NCBI GenBank assembly: GCA_017427285.1
Contig: JAFRTE010000020.1
Coordinates: 30,849 to 94,848, forward strand
DNA from: Clostridia bacterium
Lineage (GTDB): Bacteria > Bacillota > Clostridia > Oscillospirales > UBA644
Length of the DNA: 64,000 bases
Reading direction: 5' to 3'
Each line of letters starts with the position of its first letter. Position 1 is the stretch's first letter. Below are positions 10,567-20,269 of this stretch, piece by piece. The position numbers were made by a program, and so were the translations under genes. The notes below the pieces were generated by a model that saw only the letters and a list, made by a program, of their open reading frames with translations, searched no databases and was not told the DNA's origin.

Positions 10567-11430
10567 TTACTGTTCGGACCTGTCGAGAGTTATGCGTCCG
10601 ATTTTCCCGCCGCGAAATTCGTCAAGCAAAACGGCTGCGGCTCGCTCTGTATCTATCTCACCGCCCGAAACCACAAATCCGCGCTTTTTGCCGATAAGCA
10701 AAAGCAGGTCTGTATCGGATTCGGGCAGATCGTCTGTTATTTTATATCTTGCTTTGATAAGCGGGGCATAGCCGCAGGAGCGCAGGATACCGAGCAGACG
10801 GACGGCGAGCTCTTCCGAATCGAGTATCTCGTCGCGTATCGCTCCCGTAACGGCGAGCTTTTCAGCGGAGGACCTGTCTTCTATTTTCGGCCAGAGGATG
10901 CCGGGAGTGTCAAGGATATCGAGCCCGTCGGTGCTTATCCACTGTTTGCCGCGCGTAACGCCCGGCCTGTCTTCCGCCTTTGCTCTCTTCGAGCCGCAAA
11001 GACTGTTTATAACTGTGGATTTTCCCGCGTTGGGGATGCCGAGGACCATTATTTTTATCGGTCTTCCCACCATGCCGCGCGCGGCGTTTTTCTCAGTTTT
11101 TTCGGCAAACGCCTTTTTGACCGCGTTTATCAGCTCCGCGTTCGCTTTTGCTCCGGTCTGCTTTGCGTTGAAAAGAATTGCGGCAACGCCGCTTTTCCTG
11201 TATCTTTCAAGCCATTTCTCGTTTTCCGAAGGGTCTGCAAGGTCGCTTTTGTTGAGGACTATCAGCCCCGGGCGGTTTGCCTTTGCAAGCATCGGCGCGA
11301 TATCCGGGTTTCTTGAGGAAAGAGGTATTCTCGCGTCGAGGATCTCAACTGCCATATCGACCTGTTTCAGACTGTCTTCGATCATCCTGCGGGCTTTCGT
11401 CATATGCCCGGGATACCAGTTTATATTCAA
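10567..11430 (-). CDS. rbgA: ribosome biogenesis GTPase A (YlqF/RbgA)
   Basis: Circularly permuted GTPase order: NKSDL (G4) comes before GIPNAGKST (G1) and DTPG (G3). Confidence 0.9.
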   Translation of the reverse strand: MNINWYPGHMTKARRMIEDSLKQVDMAVEILDARIPLSSRNPDIAPMLAKANRPGLIVLNKSDLADPSENEKWLERYRKSGVAAILFNAKQTGAKANAELINAVKKAFAEKTEKNAARGMVGRPIKIMVLGIPNAGKSTVINSLCGSKRAKAEDRPGVTRGKQWISTDGLDILDTPGILWPKIEDRSSAEKLAVTGAIRDEILDSEELAVRLLGILRSCGYAPLIKARYKITDDLPESDTDLLLLIGKKRGFVVSGGEIDTERAAAVLLDEFRGGKIGRITLDRSEQ

Positions 11431-12059
11431 TCTATGGCTCCTATCTTGTTGAACGGGAAAAATCTGACGAATACCTTGCCGAGAAGCGTTCTAACGTCAA
11501 CACTGCCTATCGAGCGACTGTCTACGGAGTCCGTGCGGTTGTCTCCCATTACGAAAACGTGGCCTGCGGGGACGGTATACGGATATTCTATCGGTGCGCC
11601 GGCGCGTTTCGTTGTGATATTGCCCGTAAGGTAGGGTTCGTTGAGGATTACGCCGTCTACAAGCACCTGTCTCGTTTCCTCGTTGATATCCACGACCTGT
11701 CCCTCCGTTGCGATAACGCGCTTTACGAGAAGCTTGTTTTCGCCGTGGATATATCTTCTTGTAAGCTCGCTTGACTGGGGCTGAAAAACAACTATGTCGC
11801 CCTGCTTCGGCGTGTAAAACAGCTCGGAAACAAGATATCTGTCGCCGTCGTTCATCGTGGGGACCATAGACGTCCCGTCAACGTATCCCGTTCTTACAAC
11901 AAGCGTAAGAAGAAATACCGCCGCTACAACGGAGGTTACGATAATATCGACGAAATAGTCGAAAAATCCCTGAACGAAAGTCCTTTCGTTTTCAGGTTTT
12001 TTTTCGGACGGTGACGGAGTTTCGGTTTTCTCGGGGGTAATTACATTGTTTTCGTCCAT
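11427..12059 (-). CDS. lepB: signal peptidase I
   Basis: GTSMVPTM (Ser box), KRVIA (Lys box), GDNRTDSVDSR. ATG 12059 (MDENN) is preceded by CAGGAG. The longer ORF to 12137 would run through a terminator hairpin. Confidence 0.85.
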   Translation of the reverse strand: MDENNVITPEKTETPSPSEKKPENERTFVQGFFDYFVDIIVTSVVAAVFLLTLVVRTGYVDGTSMVPTMNDGDRYLVSELFYTPKQGDIVVFQPQSSELTRRYIHGENKLLVKRVIATEGQVVDINEETRQVLVDGVILNEPYLTGNITTKRAGAPIEYPYTVPAGHVFVMGDNRTDSVDSRSIGSVDVRTLLGKVFVRFFPFNKIGAID

Positions 12060-12071
12060 TTTAGTCTCCTG

Positions 12072-12119
12072 TAAAAAAATAATGCGGTATTCAACCGTCA
12101 AACAGAGTGAACACCGCAT
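12072..12119 (-). terminator. rho-independent terminator/attenuator between rplS and lepB
   Basis: On the minus strand, ATGCGGTGTTCA...TGAATACCGCAT forms a 12-bp stem with one mismatch, followed by TTATTTTTTT. Confidence 0.6.
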
Positions 12120-12206
12120 ATTTACGCTGCCGGACAATGATCGTTATTCACCGTTACGGCGGGGAAAATCAATTCCGGATAACCGGAAACCGGATTCAGG
12201 CCGGAG

Positions 12207-12551
12207 TTAAATTTTCTCTTTGACTTTGGCAGCCTTACCAACTCTGTCACGAAGATAGTACAGCTTGGCGCGACGGACGTTACCGTTACGGACTACCTCA
12301 ACCTTTGCGATGTTGGGGGAGTGGATCGGGAAAGTCTTTTCAACGCCTACACCGTATGCGACGCGGCGAACGGTAACCGTTTCGGACACGCCTCCGTGCT
12401 TTTTGGCAATTACGGTTCCTTCGAATACCTGAATTCTTTCGCGGGAACCTTCTTTGATTTTCACATGGACTTTTACAGTGCTGCCGATGTCAAAAGGCAA
12501 AGCTTCTTCTCTGAGCTGGTCCTTGGTGAAAAGATCAAGTTTGTTGGACAT
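12207..12551 (-). CDS. rplS: 50S ribosomal protein L19
   Basis: 114-aa ORF highly similar to bacterial L19 ([32 protein letters not shown]). Confidence 0.97.
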   Translation of the reverse strand: MSNKLDLFTKDQLREEALPFDIGSTVKVHVKIKEGSRERIQVFEGTVIAKKHGGVSETVTVRRVAYGVGVEKTFPIHSPNIAKVEVVRNGNVRRAKLYYLRDRVGKAAKVKEKI

Positions 12552-12628
12552 CTTCTCTTCCTCCTGATATTATTCAGTGCGCGAAGCGTTCTTGCAGAGA
12601 GGGCAGAGGACCGCTTCATAAGCACTTA

Positions 12629-12657
12629 ATTATATCACAAAAAACCGCCTAATTCAA
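12629..12657 (-). promoter_or_regulatory. putative sigma-70 promoter of rplS (TTGAAT-17-TATAAT)
   Basis: On the minus strand, TTGAAT (12657-12652), a 17-nt spacer, then TATAAT (12634-12629). The -35 lies inside the upstream terminator loop. Confidence 0.55.
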
Positions 12658-12668
12658 GAGCGGTTTTT
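12634..12668 (-). terminator. rho-independent terminator after the histidine kinase gene
   Basis: Hairpin AAAAACCGC...GCGGTTTTT, with a T-run on the minus strand (TTTTTTGTG). Confidence 0.7.
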
Positions 12669-12701
12669 GAATTTATTGTGAATTATTGATAAAAACGGGA
12701 C

Positions 12702-14492
12702 TTATTCTTCGTCTTCGTCCTCCTCGTAGGGAGGAGCGAGGGGGATCACAACGGTAAACGCCGTGCCTTTGCCCACTTCGCTTTCAACGAGAATGGTGCC
12801 CTTCATCAGTTCTGCAAGCTCCCACGCGATCGAAAGACCGAGGCCGGAGCCGGATTCCGAACCGCCGCGCGCCTTGTCGGCTTTGTAAAACCTGTCGAAA
12901 ATATACGGGATATCCTCTTCCGCTATGCCCACGCCCGTATCCTTTACGGTAAGATACGCGTATCCGTCGTCCTTCTCTTCCGCTGTAACGGTTATCTTCC
13001 CGCCCGGTGGAGTGAATTTTATGGAGTTGTCAAGCAGGATTATTATCATCTGGCGCAGTCTGTCATAGTCCGCGAGAACGTATTCCATTTCGTGCGGCGC
13101 AAACTCGAGAGAAATATCCTTTTCCTTAGCGACGGGACGCAGTTTTTCGACGATATCCGCCGTAAGTCCTATCGCGTCTACGGGCTTTATTTCCATTACG
13201 ATTTTGCCCGCCTTGTATTTTGACGTATCGAGAAGGTCTCTTACAAGACGTTCGAGCGCGAGCGTTTCGGTTTCGATCCTTGAATAATACGCCTGCTTTT
13301 CCTCTTCCGTTTCGGCTGCTCCGTCTATAAGCGCTTCGGCGGAACCTTTTATTACGGTAAGCGGCGTTCTGAATTCGTGGGAAACGTTTGCGACAAAGTC
13401 CGTTCTGAGCTGTTCGAGACGCTCCGACTGGCTTATATCGCGCACTATGACCACAACGCCCTCGGTAATATCGTTATTCTGGATACGCGTTGCGGTAAAT
13501 CGAAGTATGTCTTTTCCGTTAAGCACTACGGTCTGCTTCTGCCCCGTCTGCATTACCTTCATTACCATGCCCGTCACGGCGCTGTCGTCGAGCTGATTCT
13601 GGCTGCAAAGCTGCAAAAGCGCGGTGTTGTAGCTTTGCAGATGCATATTCGTATCGTAAAGGGCAAGACCGTCGGACATGTTTTCGATAATGTTTGCGAT
13701 CTTGTCCTTTTCGTTTTTAAGCCGCGTAAACGTGCCGCCGAGATTGTATGCAAGGTGGTTGAGAGCGTGCGCAAGATCCTGCAGTTCGGTTTTGTCTTTC
13801 GTTCTTACCCGTATCGAAAAATCGCCGTTTGCTATCTCGGTTGACGCGCGGCACATCTCGTTTATCGGTTTTGTGAGGTGGATGCCGAGAAGGACGGCGA
13901 AAACAACGGTCAGGATCACAGAAACAACGAAAGTAAGAGCAAGGATGCCCGCCGAGGCGGAAAACGTTTCGTTTATGTATTTGAGAGGCGAATGCATTAG
14001 CACAACGCCGATTATCTGCGGGTTTTCGGTGTCGTAAGTATCCTTTGCGTATATCGGTACGGCGACAGTGATCGTCCTCTCGCCGAAATTATCCGAAAAA
14101 TCCGTGGAAATGCTCTTTTCTCCCTCAAGGCAGCGCGATATTATATCGCTTTCGGTTTTCGTCAGCTGGCTTGTAGATACGGGCCACGACGCGTATTTTA
14201 CGGGAATGAAAAAACCGTCGGGCTTGCATATCCAGAGGTTTGCGTCAACGATGCTCGAAACGAGGGTCGCGTAGTCGGGAAAGTTTTTTGCCTTGAGAGT
14301 GGGCTCTTCAAGGGAGTTTTCGCTCGATATAAAATTGGCTATTCCGTTTGCGCAGCGCAGAAGCTCAGCGCTTTTTTCACGGTAGGCATAGTTGAAAAAA
14401 AGCGTCATAAAAACCGCGCTGGTGATTAAAACCACCAGCACAGTAACTGATATGAATACGGCGATAACCTTTGACGAAAGGCTTTTAAACAT
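12702..14492 (-). CDS. sensor histidine kinase (HAMP-PAS-HisKA-HATPase)
   Basis: Two N-terminal TM segments, H-box SHEFRTPL, N box LLDNSIKFTP, G boxes DTGVGI and GSGLGLSI. Confidence 0.85.
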   Translation of the reverse strand: MFKSLSSKVIAVFISVTVLVVLITSAVFMTLFFNYAYREKSAELLRCANGIANFISSENSLEEPTLKAKNFPDYATLVSSIVDANLWICKPDGFFIPVKYASWPVSTSQLTKTESDIISRCLEGEKSISTDFSDNFGERTITVAVPIYAKDTYDTENPQIIGVVLMHSPLKYINETFSASAGILALTFVVSVILTVVFAVLLGIHLTKPINEMCRASTEIANGDFSIRVRTKDKTELQDLAHALNHLAYNLGGTFTRLKNEKDKIANIIENMSDGLALYDTNMHLQSYNTALLQLCSQNQLDDSAVTGMVMKVMQTGQKQTVVLNGKDILRFTATRIQNNDITEGVVVIVRDISQSERLEQLRTDFVANVSHEFRTPLTVIKGSAEALIDGAAETEEEKQAYYSRIETETLALERLVRDLLDTSKYKAGKIVMEIKPVDAIGLTADIVEKLRPVAKEKDISLEFAPHEMEYVLADYDRLRQMIIILLDNSIKFTPPGGKITVTAEEKDDGYAYLTVKDTGVGIAEEDIPYIFDRFYKADKARGGSESGSGLGLSIAWELAELMKGTILVESEVGKGTAFTVVIPLAPPYEEDEDEE

Positions 14493-15182
14493 TTACTTGA
14501 CCTCGAACTTGTAGCCGACACCCCAAACCGTTTTTATGTCGAAATTGACGGACTGATTGAGATTGAGCTTCGTTCTGATGCGCTTGATATGCGTATCAAC
14601 GGTCCTCGTATCTCCGAAATACTCGTAGCCCCAGATATTTTCGAGAAGATGGTCTCTCGTAAATACTCTGCCGGGGTTTGAAGCAAACAGCCAGATTATT
14701 TCTATTTCCTTTTTCGTTAACACAACGGGATTGCCGTTTACGTATGCCTCGTAGCTGTTCATATCAACAACAAGGCCCGCGATCTCGATGCGCTTCGAGC
14801 GTTCGTCGGAAATATCGTCGGTAACACGGCGAAGGACAGCTTTTATCCTCGTCATTACCTCTCTGGGGGAGAACGGCTTGGGAATATAGTCGTCCGCGCC
14901 CAGATCGAGACCCATTATGCGCTCCGCTTCTTCGTTTTTTGCGGAAACGATGATTATAGGAACACTGGAAGTCTGTCTGATCTGTCGGCAAACGTCAAAA
15001 CCGTTCATCTTCGGCATCATTACGTCGAGAAGTATAAGGATCGGATTGAACTCCTTGAACATTTTGAGCGTCTGCTCGCCGTCATATGCGCAGATGCACT
15101 TGTATCCTTCTTTCTGTGCATATGCCTTGAGGATATCAACTATATCCTTATTGTCGTCCGCGATGAGTATGATTTTATCCAT
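14493..15182 (-). CDS. OmpR/PhoB-family response regulator
   Basis: Receiver domain (DD..., LLDVMMPKMNG) and a winged-helix C-terminus ending GVGYKF. It abuts the kinase gene. Confidence 0.9.
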   Translation of the reverse strand: MDKIILIADDNKDIVDILKAYAQKEGYKCICAYDGEQTLKMFKEFNPILILLDVMMPKMNGFDVCRQIRQTSSVPIIIVSAKNEEAERIMGLDLGADDYIPKPFSPREVMTRIKAVLRRVTDDISDERSKRIEIAGLVVDMNSYEAYVNGNPVVLTKKEIEIIWLFASNPGRVFTRDHLLENIWGYEYFGDTRTVDTHIKRIRTKLNLNQSVNFDIKTVWGVGYKFEVK

Positions 15183-15223
15183 ACAGCGACCTCCGTAAAA
15201 AAAATTTCACCAATATATTAAAG

Positions 15224-15252
15224 ATTATATCATAAAAAGTCACGATTGTCAA
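15224..15252 (-). promoter_or_regulatory. exact-consensus sigma-70 promoter for the two-component operon
   Basis: On the minus strand, TTGACA (15252-15247), a 17-nt spacer, then TATAAT (15229-15224). Confidence 0.75.
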
Positions 15253-15323
15253 TCTTTTTTTTGAAAAAGTTTGAAATTTCCCGAAAAAAAGTTAAAAAAC
15301 GTCAGAAAAAAACGGTTTGCAGT

Positions 15324-17081
15324 TTATTTAAGGACGTTTATTAGGTCTTCTCTGCCGCATTTCAGCAGGGCTTCTTTGACGAGAGCGCGGTTTTTCGGGT
15401 TTTTATACTGCAAAAGCGCGCGCTGATACGCTTTCTCCTTAGCAGTCCTCGGAACATATACGGGCTCCATGGTAAACGGATCTATGCCGGTATAAAACAT
15501 TGAGGTGGATACCGTGCCGGGCGTAGGGTAAAAATCCTGAACCTGTTCGGGCTGATAACCGATGCTTTTTATGTAAAGGGCAAGATTTACCGCGTCGTTT
15601 AAAGTGCATCCGGGGTGCGATGACATGAGATAAGGGACAAGGAACTGATTGCAGCCGAATTTTTTGTTGAGCGCAAAATACTTTTTATAGAATGATTTGT
15701 AATGTGAAAAATGCGGTTTTCCCATTTTTTCGAGCACTCTGTCCGACGAATGCTCGGGCGCGACCTTGAGCTGACCGCTTACGTGATATTTAACGAGCTC
15801 GTTGAAAAAATCGTCCTTTTTGTCGAGCATAAGATAATCGAAACGTATGCCGGAACGGATAAACACTTTTTTTACCTTCGGCAGTGCCCTTACCGTTCGA
15901 AGAATGTCGAGATATTCCGAATGGTCGGCTTTCGCGGCAGGACACGGTTCGGGGGCGAGACATTTTCTATCTTTGCAAAGCGATTTTTTTGCGCACGCGT
16001 TTTTTCTGAAGTTCGCGGTCGGACCGCCTATATCGTGGATATATCCCTTGTAGTTTTTAAGCGTGGTCAAAAGCTTCGCCTCTTTTACGACCGAGTCTTT
16101 CGACCTTGCGGTGATGTTCCTTCCCTGATGAAAAACTATTGAGCAGAAGTTGCATCCGCCGAAACAGCCGCGGTTGTGGGTGATAGAAAATTCAACCTCT
16201 TTCAGTCCGGGCACGCCGCCGTCCTTTTCATACATCGGATGGTACGTTCTTGTATACGGAAGAGCGTAAACAGCGTCCATTTCTGCCTGCGTAAGCGGTT
16301 TTGACGGAACATTCTGCAAAACGTACCGAAGCGAATGCTTCTGCACGAGCGGCCGTCCCTCAAAAGCGTCCTGCTCGTTATACTGTATAAGCGTGGCCTC
16401 AGCAAATTTCCGCTTGTCTTTTCTTACTTCTTCAAAGGACGGGCAGAAAACGGCGTTTTCGGGAATACTGTCCGTTATAACGCATGTACCGGGGATATCC
16501 GTTATGGATTTTACGTCCTCTTTATTTGCAAGACGGCGGCAGATCTCTTTCATCGATCTTTCGCCCATGCCGAAAGAAAGTATATCTGCAGAAGAATCGA
16601 CGAGGATCGAGCGGCGGACTTCGTTTTGCCAGTAATCGTAATGCGCGAACCTGCGAAGCGAGGCCTCAAGACCGCCTATAACTATCGGGACGCTTCCGAA
16701 CGCCTCGCGGATTTTGTTGCAGTAAACTATGACCGCTCTGTCGGGGCGAAGTCCGGGTTTTCCGCCCGGCGAGTATGCGTCCGTCTCTCTTCTGTTTTTC
16801 GCAACGGTGTAATGCGCCACCATTGAATCAATGTTTCCCGAATTGACGAGAAATCCGTATTTCGGTTCGCCGAGTACCCTGAAAGAATCGAGGTCTTTCC
16901 AGTCGGGCTGAGAAATGATGCCTACGGTATGTCCTTCAGCTTCGAGGACTCTTGAAATGATCGCGGTGCCGAAAGACGGGTGATCGACATACGCGTCACC
17001 CGTTACAAGAATAAAATCGAGCTGAGATATTCCTCTTTCGTCCATATCCGCACGGGATACGGGCATAAAAACACTGTTCAT
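15324..17081 (-). CDS. ygiQ: YgiQ family radical SAM protein
   Basis: N-terminal [13 protein letters not shown] and radical-SAM cluster motif [10 protein letters not shown]. Length is 585 aa. Confidence 0.85.
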   Translation of the reverse strand: MNSVFMPVSRADMDERGISQLDFILVTGDAYVDHPSFGTAIISRVLEAEGHTVGIISQPDWKDLDSFRVLGEPKYGFLVNSGNIDSMVAHYTVAKNRRETDAYSPGGKPGLRPDRAVIVYCNKIREAFGSVPIVIGGLEASLRRFAHYDYWQNEVRRSILVDSSADILSFGMGERSMKEICRRLANKEDVKSITDIPGTCVITDSIPENAVFCPSFEEVRKDKRKFAEATLIQYNEQDAFEGRPLVQKHSLRYVLQNVPSKPLTQAEMDAVYALPYTRTYHPMYEKDGGVPGLKEVEFSITHNRGCFGGCNFCSIVFHQGRNITARSKDSVVKEAKLLTTLKNYKGYIHDIGGPTANFRKNACAKKSLCKDRKCLAPEPCPAAKADHSEYLDILRTVRALPKVKKVFIRSGIRFDYLMLDKKDDFFNELVKYHVSGQLKVAPEHSSDRVLEKMGKPHFSHYKSFYKKYFALNKKFGCNQFLVPYLMSSHPGCTLNDAVNLALYIKSIGYQPEQVQDFYPTPGTVSTSMFYTGIDPFTMEPVYVPRTAKEKAYQRALLQYKNPKNRALVKEALLKCGREDLINVLK

Positions 17082-17084
17082 AAA

Positions 17085-19691
17085 CTACTGTTTGCGGGCT
17101 TTCATTTCAAGCCACTGCGATTTTGTTATAAGTACCTCGCGCGGTGTCGAGCCCTGATAGGGACCGACTATGCCGCGTGCTTCCATAACATCTATAAGTT
17201 TTGACGCTCTTACATAGCCGAGACCGACGAATTTCTGCAGCATCGTAGTTGACGCCTGACCTTTTTCCACAACGCACTGTATCGCCTCGTCAAGCTTCGG
17301 ATCATCGACCTCGTCGTCGTCATCGCCGCCGCCGGCTTTCGCGCCGGTCTTCTGCATTGCGGCGTTCTGTTCTATCTGCTTGATAATATTGTCGTCGTAA
17401 ATGTTTTCTCTGCCGTGTTTTACGGCTTTTACGGCTTTTTCAACCTCCTGGTCCGAAACAAAACAGCCCTGAACGCGTATCGGTTTTACCTCGCCGAGCG
17501 GAGAATAAAGCATATCGCCTTTTCCTATGAGCTTTTCCGCGCCGGATGCGTCGAGAATAATATGAGAGTTTATCTGCGACGATACCGCAAAAGCGATCCT
17601 TGACGGGATATTCGCCTTGATAAGACCGGTAATAACGTCTGCGGAAGGACGCTGAGTAGCGATTACAAGATGCATTCCGGCGGCTCTTGCCATCTGAGCA
17701 AGACGGCATATCGAGTCTTCAACGTCGCCCTTCGCCGCCATCATGAGGTCGGCAAGTTCGTCGATAACTATAACTACCTGCGGCAGCTTCTTTTCGCCCG
17801 GGGGAAGAGTTTTGTTGTAGCCGTTGAAGTCTCTTACGCCCTTATCGGCAAAAAGCTTGTATCTTTGCAGCATTTCTCCCACAGCCCAGCTCAGAGCGCC
17901 TGCAGCCTTGTTGGGGTCGGTAACAACGGGTATAAGGAGGTGGGGGATGCCGTTGTATACGTTTAATTCAACAACTTTCGGGTCTACGAGGATCAGCTTT
18001 ACCTCGTCGGGCGTTGCTTTGTAAAGAAGACTTATGAGGATTGAGTTTATACATACCGATTTGCCGGAGCCGGTAACGCCGGCAATAAGCAGGTGGGGCA
18101 TTTTTGCAAGGTCTATAACCATCGGCTGTCCGCTTATGCTTTTGCCGAGGGCAACGGCGATCTTAGACTTGTTTGACGCAAATTCCTCGCTGCCGATTAT
18201 TTCTTTGAGGTAGACGATGCTCGTTGTTTTGTTCGGTATTTCTATTCCTATCGCCGATTTTCCGGGTATGGGAGCTTCGATCCTTACCGCGGGAGCGGCG
18301 AGATGAAGGGCGATATCGTCTGAAAGGTTTGCGATCTTGCTCGTTTTTACGCCGGTGCCGGGCTGAAGCTCATATCTTGTTACGGTAGGACCGCGCTTCG
18401 CGTCAAGCACCTTTGCGTCTATCTTGAAATCGGAGAGCGTTTCTATAAGACGCGCGGCGTTCTGTTTGAGTTCGTCGCGGTAAAGAGCGGCGTTGTTGTC
18501 GGGAACGAACGACAGCAGATCGAGCGACGGAAATTCGTAACCGTCTGCTTCTGTTTCAAGAAGCTTTTCGGGAGTTTTTTGCGAGGATATTTCAACCGTA
18601 GCTCCGGCAAGAGCTTCGGAAGCGTCGGGTTTTTCCGTTTTTTCGGGTTTTTCTGCAACGGTCGCTTCCGGCTTCGGCTCTTCTTTTTCGGGTACTGCCT
18701 CTGCAGGCGAAACGGGGACGGGATCAGGCTGCAAAACGGGAGGAGTCGTCGTCTGCGGTTTTGCGGGTTTTTGATTCTGACCGAAATTAAGCAGAAGATC
18801 GTCTATATCCTTTGAGGAAAGAGCCGCGGTATTGTCGCTTTTTATCGTCTGTTTTTTCTTCGCCGGCTTTTTGGCTTTTGTGGCGTAGCTTTTCGTTATC
18901 TCGTTTAAGATGCTGTCGACGTCGTCGGTATTGGGCGCCTTTGGAGGATCTTTTTCGAGAACGATTTCGGGTTTTTTGCGCTTTTCTTTAGAGGTCGCGG
19001 GCAGGTTTTCCGCGGGAATGGTCTTTTTAAGCTCGTTTATGTCCTTTTTTATGCCCTGGATATCTTTCGTAAGGGCTTTATCCTGCTTTGCTGTCTGCTT
19101 TGCCGTCTGTTTCTTTTCGGGATATTCGCCGTGACGCGTAAAGAGGGAGAGGGGGTTTATGCCCGTTGCAAGAACGAGGAATACGAGCATTATCGCAACG
19201 ATTATTATACCCGCGCCTATTTTTGAGCAGAGCGCTTCGAACGGAGCGGAAAGCCAGCCGCCTATAACGCCGCCCGAAGCAAGCACCATGCCCTTTTGCC
19301 AGAGATCGGAGGTGTATGACATGAAATATTCCGCAAACGCCTCCGTTCCGCGTTCGGCTGCGGTATACGATACGGTGTTGAAAAACGCCGCGAAGGAGAA
19401 CGTGAACACGGCGGAGAAAATCGATTTTGAAATAACTTTGTTGTCTTTAAGAAATAGCATTACCGCCGAATAGATAAACAGTATCGGGAAAATTATCGCT
19501 CCTGCTCCGAAAAGACCGAGAAAACCGGTTTTCAGAAAATCGCCGAGCGGCCCGAAAAGCGTTGTAATGAGACTTACCGCCGTTATAACGGCAAGCAGAA
19601 CGAGTATAAGCCCCGCTACCGTGTCGTGTATGTACGCTTTTCTTACGGCTTTTTTATCAGTCAGCTTTTTAGCTGTTTTTTTCGTTGCCAA
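17085..19691 (-). CDS. ftsK: DNA translocase FtsK/SpoIIIE
   Basis: N-terminal TM helices and a Pro/Lys/Ala-rich linker. Walker A is GVTGSGKS and Walker B is VVVIDELADL, with a C-terminal gamma-like domain. The likely start is TTG 19691, 8 nt after AAGGAG. The ATG at 19745 has no RBS. Confidence 0.9.
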   Translation of the reverse strand: MATKKTAKKLTDKKAVRKAYIHDTVAGLILVLLAVITAVSLITTLFGPLGDFLKTGFLGLFGAGAIIFPILFIYSAVMLFLKDNKVISKSIFSAVFTFSFAAFFNTVSYTAAERGTEAFAEYFMSYTSDLWQKGMVLASGGVIGGWLSAPFEALCSKIGAGIIIVAIMLVFLVLATGINPLSLFTRHGEYPEKKQTAKQTAKQDKALTKDIQGIKKDINELKKTIPAENLPATSKEKRKKPEIVLEKDPPKAPNTDDVDSILNEITKSYATKAKKPAKKKQTIKSDNTAALSSKDIDDLLLNFGQNQKPAKPQTTTPPVLQPDPVPVSPAEAVPEKEEPKPEATVAEKPEKTEKPDASEALAGATVEISSQKTPEKLLETEADGYEFPSLDLLSFVPDNNAALYRDELKQNAARLIETLSDFKIDAKVLDAKRGPTVTRYELQPGTGVKTSKIANLSDDIALHLAAPAVRIEAPIPGKSAIGIEIPNKTTSIVYLKEIIGSEEFASNKSKIAVALGKSISGQPMVIDLAKMPHLLIAGVTGSGKSVCINSILISLLYKATPDEVKLILVDPKVVELNVYNGIPHLLIPVVTDPNKAAGALSWAVGEMLQRYKLFADKGVRDFNGYNKTLPPGEKKLPQVVIVIDELADLMMAAKGDVEDSICRLAQMARAAGMHLVIATQRPSADVITGLIKANIPSRIAFAVSSQINSHIILDASGAEKLIGKGDMLYSPLGEVKPIRVQGCFVSDQEVEKAVKAVKHGRENIYDDNIIKQIEQNAAMQKTGAKAGGGDDDDEVDDPKLDEAIQCVVEKGQASTTMLQKFVGLGYVRASKLIDVMEARGIVGPYQGSTPREVLITKSQWLEMKARKQ

Positions 19692-19906
19692 TGAAAAAAC
19701 TCCTTTGCTGTGATTTATGTGTGTTTGGCTGAAAACGCATGTCAACGTCTCAAAAATGCGCAGATGTATACTGCGGTCATTCTATTATAACACAGAAATC
19801 GTTAAAAGTAAATATTTTTTACGTGATTTTCCGTAAAAAAATATTGCAATTTTAATTATTTTATGCTATTATATAATAAATAAACATTAAAGGAGCAGTC
19901 AGATTT

Positions 19907-20254
19907 ATGGAAAACGTTTACACAGTAAAAATATACGGCTTCGAAATCACTCTTTATTCGACCGAGACCGAAGAGTATACAAGAAAGATCGCAGCTGCGG
20001 TTGAAGAGAAAATTAAAGAGCAGACCGACGCCAATCCGAGCGCGTCGCTCACAAAGGCAAGCATTCTTGCGCTTATGGAGCTTTACGATCAGCTTATCAA
20101 ACTGCAGGTAGGCGCGGACAACATGCGTCTTCAGCTCAAGGATTATCTTGACGACACCACAAAAGCCATTGCCGAAAGAGACGAAGCGCGCAGAACGGCA
20201 GAAAAACTCAGAGACGAGCTTCTCGCTCTGAAAATAGACCTTTCAAACAAATAA
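19907..20254 (+). CDS. zapA: cell division protein ZapA
   Basis: The N-terminal pattern V.IYG..ITL followed by a coiled-coil tail resembles ZapA/YshA. AAGGAG RBS upstream. Confidence 0.7.
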   Translation: MENVYTVKIYGFEITLYSTETEEYTRKIAAAVEEKIKEQTDANPSASLTKASILALMELYDQLIKLQVGADNMRLQLKDYLDDTTKAIAERDEARRTAEKLRDELLALKIDLSNK

Positions 20255-20269
20255 TCGCAAACGGCATTT

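Noticed and set aside
10522-11316. 264-aa ORF on the plus strand
   Set aside because: It is antisense to rbgA, which has unambiguous GTPase motifs. It has no RBS and no recognisable domain. The same reasoning applies to the other long antisense ORFs in the track, for example 58151-58954, 59153-59893, 31223-31876, 44295-44870 and 47758-48267.
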